A DNA stretch of 62,257 nt from Negaprion brevirostris (taxonomy: Eukaryota), in the NCBI GenBank assembly GCA_030324005.1, contig JARDVH010000073.1, positions 27,408,775 through 27,471,031 of the forward strand, in the 5' to 3' direction. A model generated the notes under the pieces. It made no database searches, had not been told where the DNA came from, and saw only the letters and a list, made by a program, of their open reading frames with translations. The translations under genes were made by a program, and so were the position numbers. Shown here one piece after another: positions 11,245-23,425 of this stretch (its first letter is position 1; every line of letters starts with the position of its first letter).

Positions 11245-14200
11245 TAACACCTTGCTTTTCTTTGCTGCAAAGTGGCCACTCTTATCTTCCTTTGGGCTTA
11301 CTACTAAATGACGGGAGTGCCCCTGTGTATTAGGTGATACGCAAATGTGCAAACCTCATATGCAAATAAAGTCCACAGGTATCCATTGACATTTAGAACA
11401 ACACTGCAGTGCATGTGCCATGCACGCTCTTCCCTGTATCGGCCAGTTAGGTCCAACGAGACAGAAGCTCAGCAGATAAAGTTTAATGNNNNNNNNNNNN
11501 NNNNNNNNNNNNNNNNNNNNNNNNNNNNNNNNNNNNNNNNAAAAGTTGCTGGTTAATGTTCTTTTTGGTTTTCCTTTGTTGTGCTTGACTGGTTTATTGC
11601 AATATCCGGAACATATAAGAAACAGCCATGCGCCTGTGCTGTCTAGAGGCTACAGTGCTTACAGTGTCTGTCTTGAAGAGAGAAATGGATCAATACCTAA
11701 CTGGGACAGTAACTGTATTATACAAGAGGTAGCTACCAAATGTTATGGTCAACAGGCCTTCTAGATCAGTACTGATTGCCTGGAAAGATCGTGAAGGTAT
11801 TTTTTTCATATTTTTACCCCTAAAATTGGCCTGGGATTTTTGATTTGGCTTTTCACTATTGCATGGCAACTGGAAAAATATGTAGTCTCATGAAATGAGG
11901 CATAAAGAATGATAAAGCAATGGGATAGTTTTGATTACCAGCTGGTCTTTTTTGGCATTATTGTCTATCTGTATATTTTTCAGCAATTATTTTGATGCCT
12001 TCCCGGATAGTTTGGATAAGATTCTTGTTCACTTTCACAAAGAAGGCAGTTTATTTTCAGCAACACAAAATCAAACTTTGAATGCTGCAAAATGTCCATT
12101 TGAAGGAAAAATATTTTCACGACTTTGTAAAATTAGTTCCCAAGTAAGTAATTTGTGTAATAAGATAGGAATGTTAAGTATTTATAAGTTGTTGCTGTTG
12201 TCACATTTAATGTTTAAAATTCTTGTACTGGGGAGACTCCCAACCACATTTAGGATTCACAAATACACAATTATGTTATTTGCATCTTATAAAGAGCACA
12301 GGAAAAAAGAAACAAGATCTAAAGGGCTTTAGGCTGAAAGAATGCAGATATAAGTTTCTTCTCAAGTATGAACAATGCGAAAGAGTGGTCTTGTCAGAAT
12401 GTTGAATGCCTCTCAAGTGGTGGGTGTAGGTGCCATCTGAAGGGCATTAAAAAGGAAATACTTTTCCGTTTTAACCTAGCCGTCTAAACTGATAACCAGG
12501 GTCCTTTATATTATTTTCTCAAGGTCGTGATCACTGTTCATACGTGAACACAAATACTTTGGTTCAAAGTGATTCCAGACTGCTCTGTAAATATTTTACA
12601 ACAACTAATTCAGGTAACACGCATGTGCAAGCTCATCAAAACTGGCTGTGTTTCATGTTATAGCTGTGCATCTCCCCAACCTCCAGGAAAGCTACATAAA
12701 TCTGCTGACAAAGTGGCATTTTGAAACGCTTAAGAGATGAAACAAGGAAAGTGCATTAAGTAAAGGCTTCATTGTTTTCCTTGCAATAGAGTTTTCCCAT
12801 TACTTACTGACAGTTTTCTTTCAGGCATTAAGGCTAATACCTTCGCATCATATGCCAAATTATCTCCAAGTGACACAAATGTACTTCTTTCCTTTTTCAA
12901 TAGCACTAACCTTTGAAATGAGTGGATACTCTTCTCTTTCACTCTTCTAGATTGTTACCAAATAGGAATGATATTTGATTTGAATTAAAGGTTGTCTAAT
13001 TCTCTGGAATGGTTGTAATTAGATTAATAGGTGAAAGAGCTTGAATTTGGGTACTGTGATTGTCCTATCAGGTTTATACATTAGACACTTTTTTTTCAAA
13101 ACCAACTAGTTCATCAAATTGTAGAAGTCAAAAAAGGTCATCCAGCCATCTAGCTCACCCAATTATTGTGTCACCTTTACATTCAGAATGTACACATAGC
13201 ATTTACATCCTTTTCATGCTCTTGTGCCAAGGTGGTATTCATCTACACCTGTCAAATCAATTACTTGTNNNNNNNNNNNNNNNNNNNNNNNNNNNNNNNN
13301 NNNNNNNNNNNNNNNNNNNNNNNNNNNNNNNNNNNNNNNNNNNNNNNNNNNNNNNNNNNNNNNNNNNNTCCATATTCAAAAGGAGGCACTCGTTTCTCTA
13401 CATTAACAAGCCTAAATATTAACCAGTTAGTATTAAGCGTATACCCTCACTTTAGCTGTGAGTCATGCCCCCTAGTTCTCTTCTCAGAAGCACAATGTGG
13501 TAAGTTGAATCAACTCCTTTAACAATGTGTTATTTCTATAAACAAATCCTTTCCAATGCCAAATGCCTTTTTTTAGCAGCACAGTGGCCAGAACTGGAAT
13601 AGTAAGTAAGCATTTGAAAATGAAAGACATGTGTAAAAATACAGCAAGGCCAAAAATGGATTTCACGTGAGCAATATTAATGATATCTCATTTTAATAAA
13701 TTATAGACAAATACTTTGGAATCTTAGAAAAAAATTACAAAACATTTATACTTCAAATTGTCAGGTTAACAGGTATGAACATGCAGACTGAATTAAGATT
13801 TTTATAACGGCAATTGATCACTACACAAACATTATATGGGAAAAAGTATCAGCTAAATTTCCAATATGTTCTACTAAGTCCAACTTAACCCAATCTAATC
13901 TGATTGATTACATATGTCTGTTACAACTCAGTTTCGAATTAGAGTCAATTAAAACCTGGTAAAAGCTATAAAGAATACGGCAAAATACATAGCATTTTCA
14001 TAAACATAGTGAACAAAAAATAGAACAATGGGTAGGTCTGAACCAAGCATATGTTTATCCAATCAAAGACTGTACCATAAGAATGGGATTACCTACTATA
14101 GAAATAAACATTTAAATTATATTTTTTCTTAATGAGCCTATTAAGCATTATATTTCAAGCAATTGCTTTTTATATTCAACAAAGGGTTGCAACATTTTCC

Positions 14201-14558
14201 TTGTATTCTAGCACCAATAATTTACTACTGTTTCTCCCCAAAGACCATGTATTACCAGGTATTATCATTTATTGTTTATTCTGGATCAAGAATCAATCAT
14301 ATTGCAAACAAAAATACTTCATACATGTTGCTTCATGCTGCTTTGATGGCAATGTTGTATTATATTTTCCCTCAAATTATACTTTTTGAAAAACTTAATG
14401 AGGGTAATAAAATGTAATAATAGGGAACCACTGTGCATAAATATCTCAAGACTTAAACATCTAGTTTCTGCAATTGTTTACTTTGAATAATAACTTAATT
14501 TAGTTTTCAAAAATGGATTAAAGCAATGGACTTTTTTTTTACAGCTATCATAGAATAT

Positions 14559-15194
14559 GCTGGGATTGATTTTAACCCTGCTAACTCAGTGGAATTTAGG
14601 GAATTGAATTCGAGTCGATTACTTTGAACTCAACCTTCCCCATAATTTCTGATTTTAACTTGCAGGGTTTCATAGGTGGTTAAAGTGCCCACCTAAAGCA
14701 GGAGGGGATCTGATAAATTTTTGAAAGTGATGGTCGTAATATGTCAAAAGTACCTTGATTAAATTTCAGAGGGGGATCTGAGTGAGGAAGGCCTCAATGG
14801 TTTTCCTGTTAGGCTAAAACAACTCAAAAGCTGTTCTGTGGACAAAAGAGACCCTAAAAGATTATGTCCAAGATGTTCCTTTATGGGGTCAATAGAAACA
14901 GAAGTTTTCCTCGAGACCTATGAGGAAAGTCGTGGCCTTCCCCTCAGACTCACCTCCCTCTTTCCTGACAGACCCTCACAAAACTCCCATTCACTTCGCT
15001 TAATTGCAGGTTGGCCCAGATGGGTAATTGTCCTGCAACCCTTTCCTGCCCAGAATAGGCGGGAAGGGGACGGGTGGATTCTGAATGATATCCAAGGGTT
15101 AAACTACCCTAGGCCTGAAACTTAGGCTCGCAGGTGCATTTTGCACTTGTCCATCTTCCCGCTTCGCAGAACCCAGGGTTAAAATCAACCCAGC
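14559..15194. mobile_element. ~636-bp TIR-bounded non-autonomous DNA transposon
   Basis: gctgggattgattttaaccctg (14559-14580) and cagggttaaaatcaacccagc (15174-15194) are inverted repeats differing by one indel; no coding capacity. Confidence 0.72.
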
Positions 15195-15294
15195 TCATCA
15201 ATTTAAAATCAAGTCAATGTTCTCGAGTCTAGAGTCTCATCCTTCATAACAAACACGTTCAGTTTATGTTACAAGTAGGTGCGAAATCAAATAA

Positions 15295-15313
15295 TGTGGC
15301 CCTCTGGTGGAAA
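15295..15313 (-). promoter_or_regulatory. Candidate CTCF-binding motif
   Basis: Minus strand tttCCACCAGAGGGCcaca matches the CTCF core CCACCAGRGGGC in apparently non-repeat sequence; motif match only. Confidence 0.35.
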
Positions 15314-18300
15314 ATAACATATTACATCTGAAGTGCCCAAGACAAAAACTGAAGACTTATAAATAATAAAGCTGATTAGCATTACTTTATTTAAAATTAA
15401 GTAGGTAGATATTTATCAGCAAAAGAATGCATTATTATTATATCACATCATTAAAATCCAATATACTCAGGCACAAGAATGTCTGCATAAATGGAGAATA
15501 ATTCATGTGAAATTTGTTTTCAACACTAAAAGATTAAAATCACTAAAAAGCGTTTCAGAATATATTTCACTGTCCTAAAAAATAGCTTTTGCATCAGATA
15601 ATGTGAAAGGTGTGATGAAAACGAAATAAGAANNNNNNNNNNNNNNNNNNNNNNNNNNNNNNNNNNNNNNNNNNNNNNNNNNNNNNNNNNNNNNNNNNNN
15701 NNNNNNNNNNNNNNNNNNNNNNNNNNNNNNNNNNNNNNNNNNNNNNNNNNNNNNNNNNNNNNNNNNNNNNNNNNNNNNNNNNNNNNNNNNNNNNNNNNNN
15801 NNNNNNNNNNNNTTCTTGCATCATGACTTAATACCTAAAAGTGATTAAGAAGCATCAATTAACACTCTCGTTACACCTTTACACTTCCATTATCAAGATG
15901 GTCCCATTCTGCCAATTACAGAGGCAGTCCCAGAACAGAAGGGAAAAGCGTGGTACAGTCTTCCAACAAATAAATGTCTTAAAGAATTGCCTAGCTGTTT
16001 TTTTCCTCTTCTTAAAGTACATGCAAGACATTATGTTCCTAAATTTCCAGCTAACATACCTTTATCATTTTTTTCTGAACTGCAAAATACATCAAGTTGC
16101 AGGACATTTCATGATTAAAAAATATAAACAATTTAATCTTTTTTTGCCTTGCACTTAAAAACACCTCATATTGAGAGCACAAATTCAAACACTCTATTTT
16201 ATGTATTATCCAGCTTCGACAGCCGTGAATGACTGTAGCTTATTTAAAATATTCAGTATCTTGATTCTGTCAGTATTTTACAGCATTCTTTATGAAAGAC
16301 TGTTGTTTAATGATGCACAGCTAATCATACTAAATTAAAATTTTGTAAGTGAGTTACAAATCATGCAGTATCAGCCTGTGATAAATAGTGCAAAGGGCTT
16401 CCTTTTTGGGCGACTAAATAAAATTTTGCCTCAAAGGCATTTGAAGAAAAAAGCCCTTGCTGAAAACATCACAGATATTGCCTAGTTTTAAATCTACTGG
16501 CTGATATTCATTTATTTTTGTGACATTTAAAACATTTAATACTGTCCTTCGTCGGAAGTAATTAAGCCCATNNNNNNNNNNNNNNNNNNNNNNNNNNNNN
16601 NNNNNNNNNNNNNNNNNNNNNNNNNNNNNNNNNNNNNNNNNNNNNNNNNNNNNNNNNNNNNNNNNNNNNNNNNNNNNNNNNNNNNNNNNNNNNNNNNNNN
16701 NNNNNNNNNNNNNNNNNNNNNNNNNNNNNNNNNNNNNNNNNNNNNNNNNNNNNNNNNNNNNNNNNNNNNNNNNNNNNNNNNNNNNNNNNNNNNNNNNNNN
16801 NNNNNNNTTTGAGGCTAGCAAAGAGATGTCCTGCTAAGATCAGTTGAAAGCCTTACAGTAAATAAAATAGCCACAATGACCTCTCAAACTACAACCTGAG
16901 GATCGAGTAACTAGACTCTACTGACTCTCGAGGTCACACATTTTCCCCAAAGGCCTTAAAACTTGAGTTAGCACATCGCACTGCAAACACAAAAACAAGC
17001 TCCACTTCGCCTTTTTTAAAAAAAAATAAAGTCCACTGTCATCTGAAGCTCAGACAGACATTCGAGATTACATTCCCCTTCTGCTAGTTAGATCAAATGG
17101 AGTTCACACTCAAAATGCATAAATGATAATTCTGATTACTAGGCCAATAAAATCAGAATCAAATATTATTACTCACATTATTACTATAATTCTGCCCCAC
17201 AACCACAGATAAAATCCACAAATCATATTCATGAATTGAATTTTTAAAACATATTTACACAACAAAAGGTGGACACTCCTGAACACAACAGAAGCATCAT
17301 TTTCCACTACTCGCCAGGTGTAGTTGAAAACGTACAGGATACAAATAAAATAAATAGGCAAGTAGTTACACAAAAGCTGACAGCCGCTTTAGCTACAGTA
17401 AACAACTGCTGAACCAGATGTGTTTATGAACAAACAGTCCAGGTTATATTTCTTATTGAACATTAACCAAAAAGATAATAGGAATGGAAAATGTGACACA
17501 TGATGTTGACGGCTCTTACAAGAGAAGAATAAAGCAAGCATATTTTCAAAGCCCATCACGAATGATCACTCACATATATTGCACATTGTACAGGCAAAGT
17601 ATTTTTAAAGATTTAGAAGGCGGGGGGAAAGCTGGATTAGTTTTGCTGTGGGTTAGCCACAGGACACAATTCTTTTTGAAAAAAGTAACTGAAGGAATCA
17701 TTGGAAAAATAATTGCATTGTCAACAATACTATCTTCCACACAAACCACTGCCACTTTACGATAATATAGGAAAACCTCAACACCATTGCTTGCATATGC
17801 AGTGCTTTCTGGTGAGGAGAAATACATCAAAATTAAAAGAAAGGTCTGCTACATCTGGAGTCACAACAAGATGACACTTACTGCTTGATTTGCCAATTGG
17901 AAATACATTTTTTGGTGTCTATTAAGTTTGTTTAGAAATTGAAATTTACACTGGCAGTGATAGGATGATTTTTCGGAGTACTAATGGCCTGGGAGAGAGG
18001 GAGTTCCTTTTAAACTCAGTGGCAATTTACACAAATTTTATAAATATTTGTTGAGGGAGTTCACTGCTGTTCAAAGCAGGTATTCTTAACTCCCTCACAC
18101 CCTAATAATCGCTTGACTAGTGCATTGCTATTGTATAACAAATGAAGGAGTTGCAAAACCTCACTTCCATACAGCAATGAACTCTTAAATTACATAGTCA
18201 ATCAGATAATTTTGAAAAAATTGCGTGGGGGACGTTCATTCATATTTTTAGGAGGATTAAGTACTTCAATATTGTGAGTGTGCACAGTTGAGTTAGTTGA

Positions 18301-19621
18301 GGAAATGTGTACATTTAAATCAAAATTTATTCTACTAATGACTGAGATGTTTAGATTTTAGATTATCAAGGTCTCTGTTTATTTTAATACTCTTCTTTGG
18401 ACATCAAACTATTTCAAGTTTCCATTGTAATAAATTCATCCTTCTAGATTTACAACTTTTTCTCACTCCATCTAAAACCTCAGGGCTTAATGCTTCTCAC
18501 TGCATCTTTTATTTCTTTGTTTTTTTTGTGTTGCTTTCTGTTTTGTTCAAACTTGAAAAACAGGAGAATTTGCTCTTGTGAACTGGGCAAACTTATCCTC
18601 AACAGATTGCAGACTTAAATCCTGGATAAGATATTCAAACATGTTGCATGACCATTTGGATGAACTCTGTATCTAGCCAGTGCCAACTCTCTGCTCATTG
18701 GCTGGGAGATTCAGCAAGGGAGCATTATCATTAAGTGGCAAACAGCATTTCAAGATTGTCAGCACTGTTTAAAAACAGCCTATCTTAAATGAACTATGTT
18801 GAGGCTTGAATCATACTTGACACAGAAAACCTGGCAAACAAGTGGCAAGAAAACCATAAAGGTTTTCAATGCGACACTGAGGGCTTTGATGTAAGGTGGT
18901 GGATACAGGACATTTCCCCTTCTGTATCTACAGGGTTGGGTCACTGATGTAGGGGGAGTTGATCCTCCAGTTACACAGTCAAAAGGTAACTGGGACAAAT
19001 AACTGTGAAGTTACCTCAGTTGAATGGCATAATCAGTGAATGCATCTTCAAGTGCCATTTCTTAGCAACTGCACCAGGAGCCTCAGCCCTCACTCAAATC
19101 AGCACACCCCACCACTCAGCTACCATGATCTCTATCCATCAGCCTCATACCTAACATTCATAAGCTGCATCTCACCCACTTGTATTGCTGCAAGCCCCAA
19201 AGTCACATCTTACAGCTTGCACATACTGCCAACTATTCAATCAGGACAGCCACATCACTAAAATAAATTTCAAAACACTCATTGAACACAGTCGCCTCCC
19301 TCTTGTAGGACAAAAGAGATAACTAAAGAATGACATTACATATCCTGACCCCCAATGCAAGGGACAAAAGTGACCATTTTTGGGATGGTCATTTCTGAGG
19401 TTGTAGCCATGGACAGGGATGAAACCAGTTGAAGATGATGATATCTTTTTACTTAGTCCTTCTTATAATATTCCATTTCCCTCCCAGATCTTTTTTTTTC
19501 ATTTACAAACTGCTGATAGTCTAAATGTAGAGCGGTAATGGGCAAAATATGGCTGCAGACCAGGTCAGCATAGCGAGTTCACGGGAGGGGCAAACGTTTA
19601 GCATCAGCCTGTAGACATTCA

Positions 19622-19756
19622 GGGCACAATTTTCCAGCCATGCTCGCCCCAAGACTGAAAACCGCCGCCCGGGGTCAATGGACCATTGCATGTTCCGCCC
19701 CCCCAACCGTGCCTGCTACGATTCCTGTGGCAGGTGGATACGGGAAAATTCTGCTC
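19622..19756. mobile_element. MITE family M1 with 3-bp TSD
   Basis: TIRs gggcacaattttcc / ggaaaattctgctc (12/14 match); TCA on both sides (19619-19621, 19757-19759), as expected for PIF/Harbinger. Confidence 0.72.
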
Positions 19757-20059
19757 TCAACCTACAGAAAAACACTAATAGTTATGCACAAAAAAAAGGT
19801 GCACTGGGAAGCCTGTCAGAAAAACTGTGGTCAATGCCAAGGACCAGAACAAACTTGGCATAAAGCTTTGTGAAGAGGTTGGAGCTCATTTTTTCCAGCA
19901 TGTAATTGGTGGTCAACTCTGTTCTGCCAACCCTAATGGACAACGATACAGCAGCACCCAAAATCAATGCTGAAGCAAAAGGTCAGGATGGTTAATTAAG
20001 TTTTATATGCAAAATGGAAAATTTTGTTGAATAAATTTGTTTTCTAATGTAATGGGCCC

Positions 20060-21258
20060 TCGAGTTTACTCCACCATTGGAAATGATCCTCAATCTCGAA
20101 TCAACATTTCTTCCCAATCCCCATCCACTCAAATTTCCTAGAGCCCAAAGATCAATTGATCTCAGCCTCAATTGTACTCAACGATTGAGTACCCATAGCC
20201 CCTTAGCTAGATATTTCCAAAGATACCAACTCTCTGATTGAAGAGATTTCTCCTCATTTCAGTTCTGCCGGCCAACCGCTTAACCCAAGACAAAGAATGT
20301 TCTAGACTGTTCAACCAGAGAAATGTATATCCCATCAAGCCCTTTTAGATTCAAATGTTTCACTGAGATCATCTCTCATTCTTGAAAACTCCAGACAGCT
20401 TAGATCCATTCTACTCAAATTCTTATAGGTCAGTCCTTTCACCTCAGGAATCAATTTAGTGAATATTTGTTGCATTCTCTTGAAATATATTATTCCTAAG
20501 ATATGGGGTACAGAACTGTACTCACTGTCTCAGGTGTGGTCTCATCAAAGACCTATACATTTGAAGTAAGACTTGCTTTGTCTTGTACTCCAGCTATATA
20601 GCCCATTCTAAAAAAGTTAAACTGTCCTTCCCGAATTGACAAATAAAAAGGTGGTGGTGAGCTGCCTTCTTGAACCGCTTCAATGTCATGTGGATACACT
20701 CATGCAGATAGGGACGGTACTTCAAGATTTTCACTCAGTAACAGTGAAGGAAAAAGTCATTCGGCATCCTAATTGCCTGGAGTACTTGCATGCAACTCTG
20801 TGTGATATGTATATAAAGACACCCACATTTAATAGTTTCTCACAATTTAAAAAATGTCCTCTTTTCCAATCTTCCTGCACACCTCACCTCTTCACACATT
20901 ATATTCCATATGCAACCTTCTTGCCCACTCGCTTAACCTATGCATATCCCTTTGCAGATTTTTTTTGTCATCCTCACAGCTTACTTTCCCATTTTGTTTT
21001 GTGTGATCAGCAAACTTGGATGCAGTACATTTGATCCCTTTCTCTATATCATTAATGTAGATTGTAAGTAGCTGAGACACCGGCATTAATCCTTGTGGTC
21101 CATTAGTACAGCTTGCCAATGTATAAACAACCCATTTATTCCTGCTCTGTTTTTTTGTCCTTTAATCAATTCTTTATCCATGCTAAGATATTACACCCAA
21201 CGTTATGAGTCCTGATCTTCTGAAATAACCTTTTAAGTGACATTTTATCAACGGCCTT
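20060..21258 (-). mobile_element. CR1 LINE fragment (RT to 3' end), decayed
   Basis: ORF 20892..21119: GPQG...QLLTIYINDIEKGIKCTASKFADHTK...NLQRDMHRLSEWARR; C-terminal CR1 sequence at 20100-20600. Confidence 0.88.
20640..20755 (-). mobile_element. 3' fragment of the second LINE family nested in CR1
   Basis: aaggtggtggtgagctgccttcttgaaccgc is the reverse complement of the sequence encoding RFKKAAHHHL; homologous to 30395-30440. Confidence 0.7.
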
Positions 21259-21774
21259 GATGATGAGGTTGTGCAGCATGCTTACGGCTACCAGAAATTG
21301 ACACATATGCGCAGCCAAGTACTGTAGTGCCTTTCTGGATTAGATCAAGCAATGGAACCATTGAATGTGTGTGACAGTACAGCTTTAGTGTTATGCACAC
21401 CGTGCATCTGTGCATGGGTTACACAACTGAGTCGCGAGTTGTCACCAGATTGCCTTTGTTGCTCAGTAGCCACCTTGTGCTTTACTAAGATGGTTCAAAT
21501 GCCACTGGCAGAGCAGACGGTATGACTGTTAACAAGGTACCAGGCTTCAATCTGATTGAATTGCTGCCTATGCTCACATAACAGCTGAATGATAACGAAA
21601 TGGAAACTCTTTTGGTTCTGGCATATAAGGCAGGGTGGACATATGGTGCCCACAAAGTGCATTCACTTAAAGACAATAAGGGAAGCCTGCAATTCTAGCA
21701 AACCTGTGTGTTTACTCCACCTGCTTGTCTCTGGTAAGAGAAAATAAAATGTAGTTGCTCGCTTGGAATAAAGA

Positions 21775-22052
21775 GTGGCATGGTGGCACAGTGGTTAGCA
21801 CTGCTGCCTCACAGCTCCAGGGACCCGGGTTCAATTGGGTGACTGTGTGGAGTCTGCACGTTCTCTCTGTATCCATGTGGGTTTCCTCCCACAGTCCAAA
21901 GTGTGCGGGTTAGGTGCATTTGCCATGCTAAATTGCCCCCTTAGTATCCTGGGATGCATAGGTTAAAGGGATTAATGGGATAAATATGTGGGGATAGGGC
22001 CTTGGTGGGATTGTTGGCCAAATGGCGTCCTTCTGCATTGTAGGGATTCTAA
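21775..22052 (+). mobile_element. HE1 V-SINE, class A, with internal deletions
   Basis: gtggcatggtggcacagtggttagcactgctgcctcacagctccagggacccgggttcaatt head; V-domain; tail ccttctgcattgtagggattct. Confidence 0.92.
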
Positions 22053-23294
22053 GAAAGAGACTCAATTTTTTTTTTGTTTACTTTATTCCAATCCAATCAA
22101 GTCAAATTAAAGCCAATTCAGAGTCCCAACAAGTTGGGANNNNNNNNNNNNNNNNNNNNNNNNNNNNNNNNNNNNNNNNNNNNNNNNNNNNNNNNNNNNN
22201 NNNNNNNNNNNNNNNNNNNNNNNNNNNNNNNNNNNNNNNATGCCGCTTTAAAAAATTGCTTCAAATGAAGCTGAAATGTAACCCAATGACTTCAACCAAG
22301 TGCAGCATGTTGACACCACATTTGATCTTTGCCAAAAGACTCAATTACTTCATTTACACGACAATGGACAGCAAACTGTGAAAAGCTGCAAAATAGATTC
22401 AATGCAACCTGCTAGTGCAACCATATTCAGCAGGAGCTGGTTTGTCTGGAAGCCAAAGTCAAAGCAAAATTCTTCAGAACCTCCATAGACTGCCTGTAGG
22501 CTTTTGCAACTTGAACCGTGCATAGGAAGCACCACACACTTGCGAAAATGTTGCAATAGCCAGAAATAATCAACTAGTTACTAAAAAAATCCTTTTAAGT
22601 AATCATGGTGGGCTGTCTTTCCTCCAGCAGAATGTATGCTCAGCTGTGCGAGGTTATGAGAGGACCTTGGCTGCAGCATGAGGTCCAAAATAGTAGCGTT
22701 GGTATCAAATCAATGTTGCAGGCCGATTGACATCATTTATTTGCACTGCAAAATTCCCACAGACATCCACTATTTGTGTTTGTGCAAATGGTGAACCAAT
22801 ATGACTTCCAGCACTGTTCACTCCACAAGTGTGCACGTGCACTGTGGGTGTCAGTTTGGAACTCTTAAGTGCATCCATAGCACTCAAAAAAAAAATCAAT
22901 ACTGATGAGCCCAATTTCTCTCCCATGGCCTCATTCAATTACATCTCCCAACACTGGGGACAATGGTGATCACCATTTGGTCTCTTAGTCTATGGGTACA
23001 TCTAAAATGTACAATGGTACCTGTTAACTGGAAAGAACAAGACATCCTCATTGCAGTGAAGTACAGGGTGTGGTGAGCTCACATGACTGGAGGCCCCTGC
23101 TCTGCTGAAGACAGGACTCCAAGACCACTTTTTCAAAAGAATACCAGTCCATACTTTAAATGTTGCTCCTATCGCAACACGAGCACTAAAGGAAGAAAAT
23201 TGAAACAAGTTTGCATTTGTCCACACCCTAAACCAATACCACAATATGCCAACAAAAGAAGTAACTTGGGTAGCTGCAGCACTGAGAATATTAT

Positions 23295-23425
23295 GAGGAA
23301 TAAACATCGAAAGCAGCTACAGGGCTATAGGGAGAATGCAAAGCAGTAAAAGCAGTTTTGAATTGCTCAAGCAAAGAACCAGCATAAACACCATGTGCTA
23401 ATTTGTCCTTTTGTACAGCAAACCT
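23295..23425 (+). mobile_element. Old CR1 3' tail
   Basis: cagggctatagggagaatgc...aaagaaccagcataaacaccatgtgctaatttgtcc resembles the CR1 ORF2 end (QGYRENA) and UTR. Confidence 0.55.

Noticed and set aside
19780-19900. Possible Harbinger Myb/SANT ORF remnant (WEA...VVNA...), with similar hints at 5740-6560
   Set aside because: Similarity is too faint and frameshifted to support by eye; it needs a translated profile search.
21268-21427. Weak inverted ends (gttgtgcagcatgc / gcatgggttacacaac); similar at 4586-4745
   Set aside because: Too degenerate, single copy in the window and no TSD.
21775-21850. tRNA-like sequence with A and B boxes (also at 2730-2796, 38945-39020, 41533-41600)
   Set aside because: These are SINE heads continuing into the V-domain, not tRNA genes.
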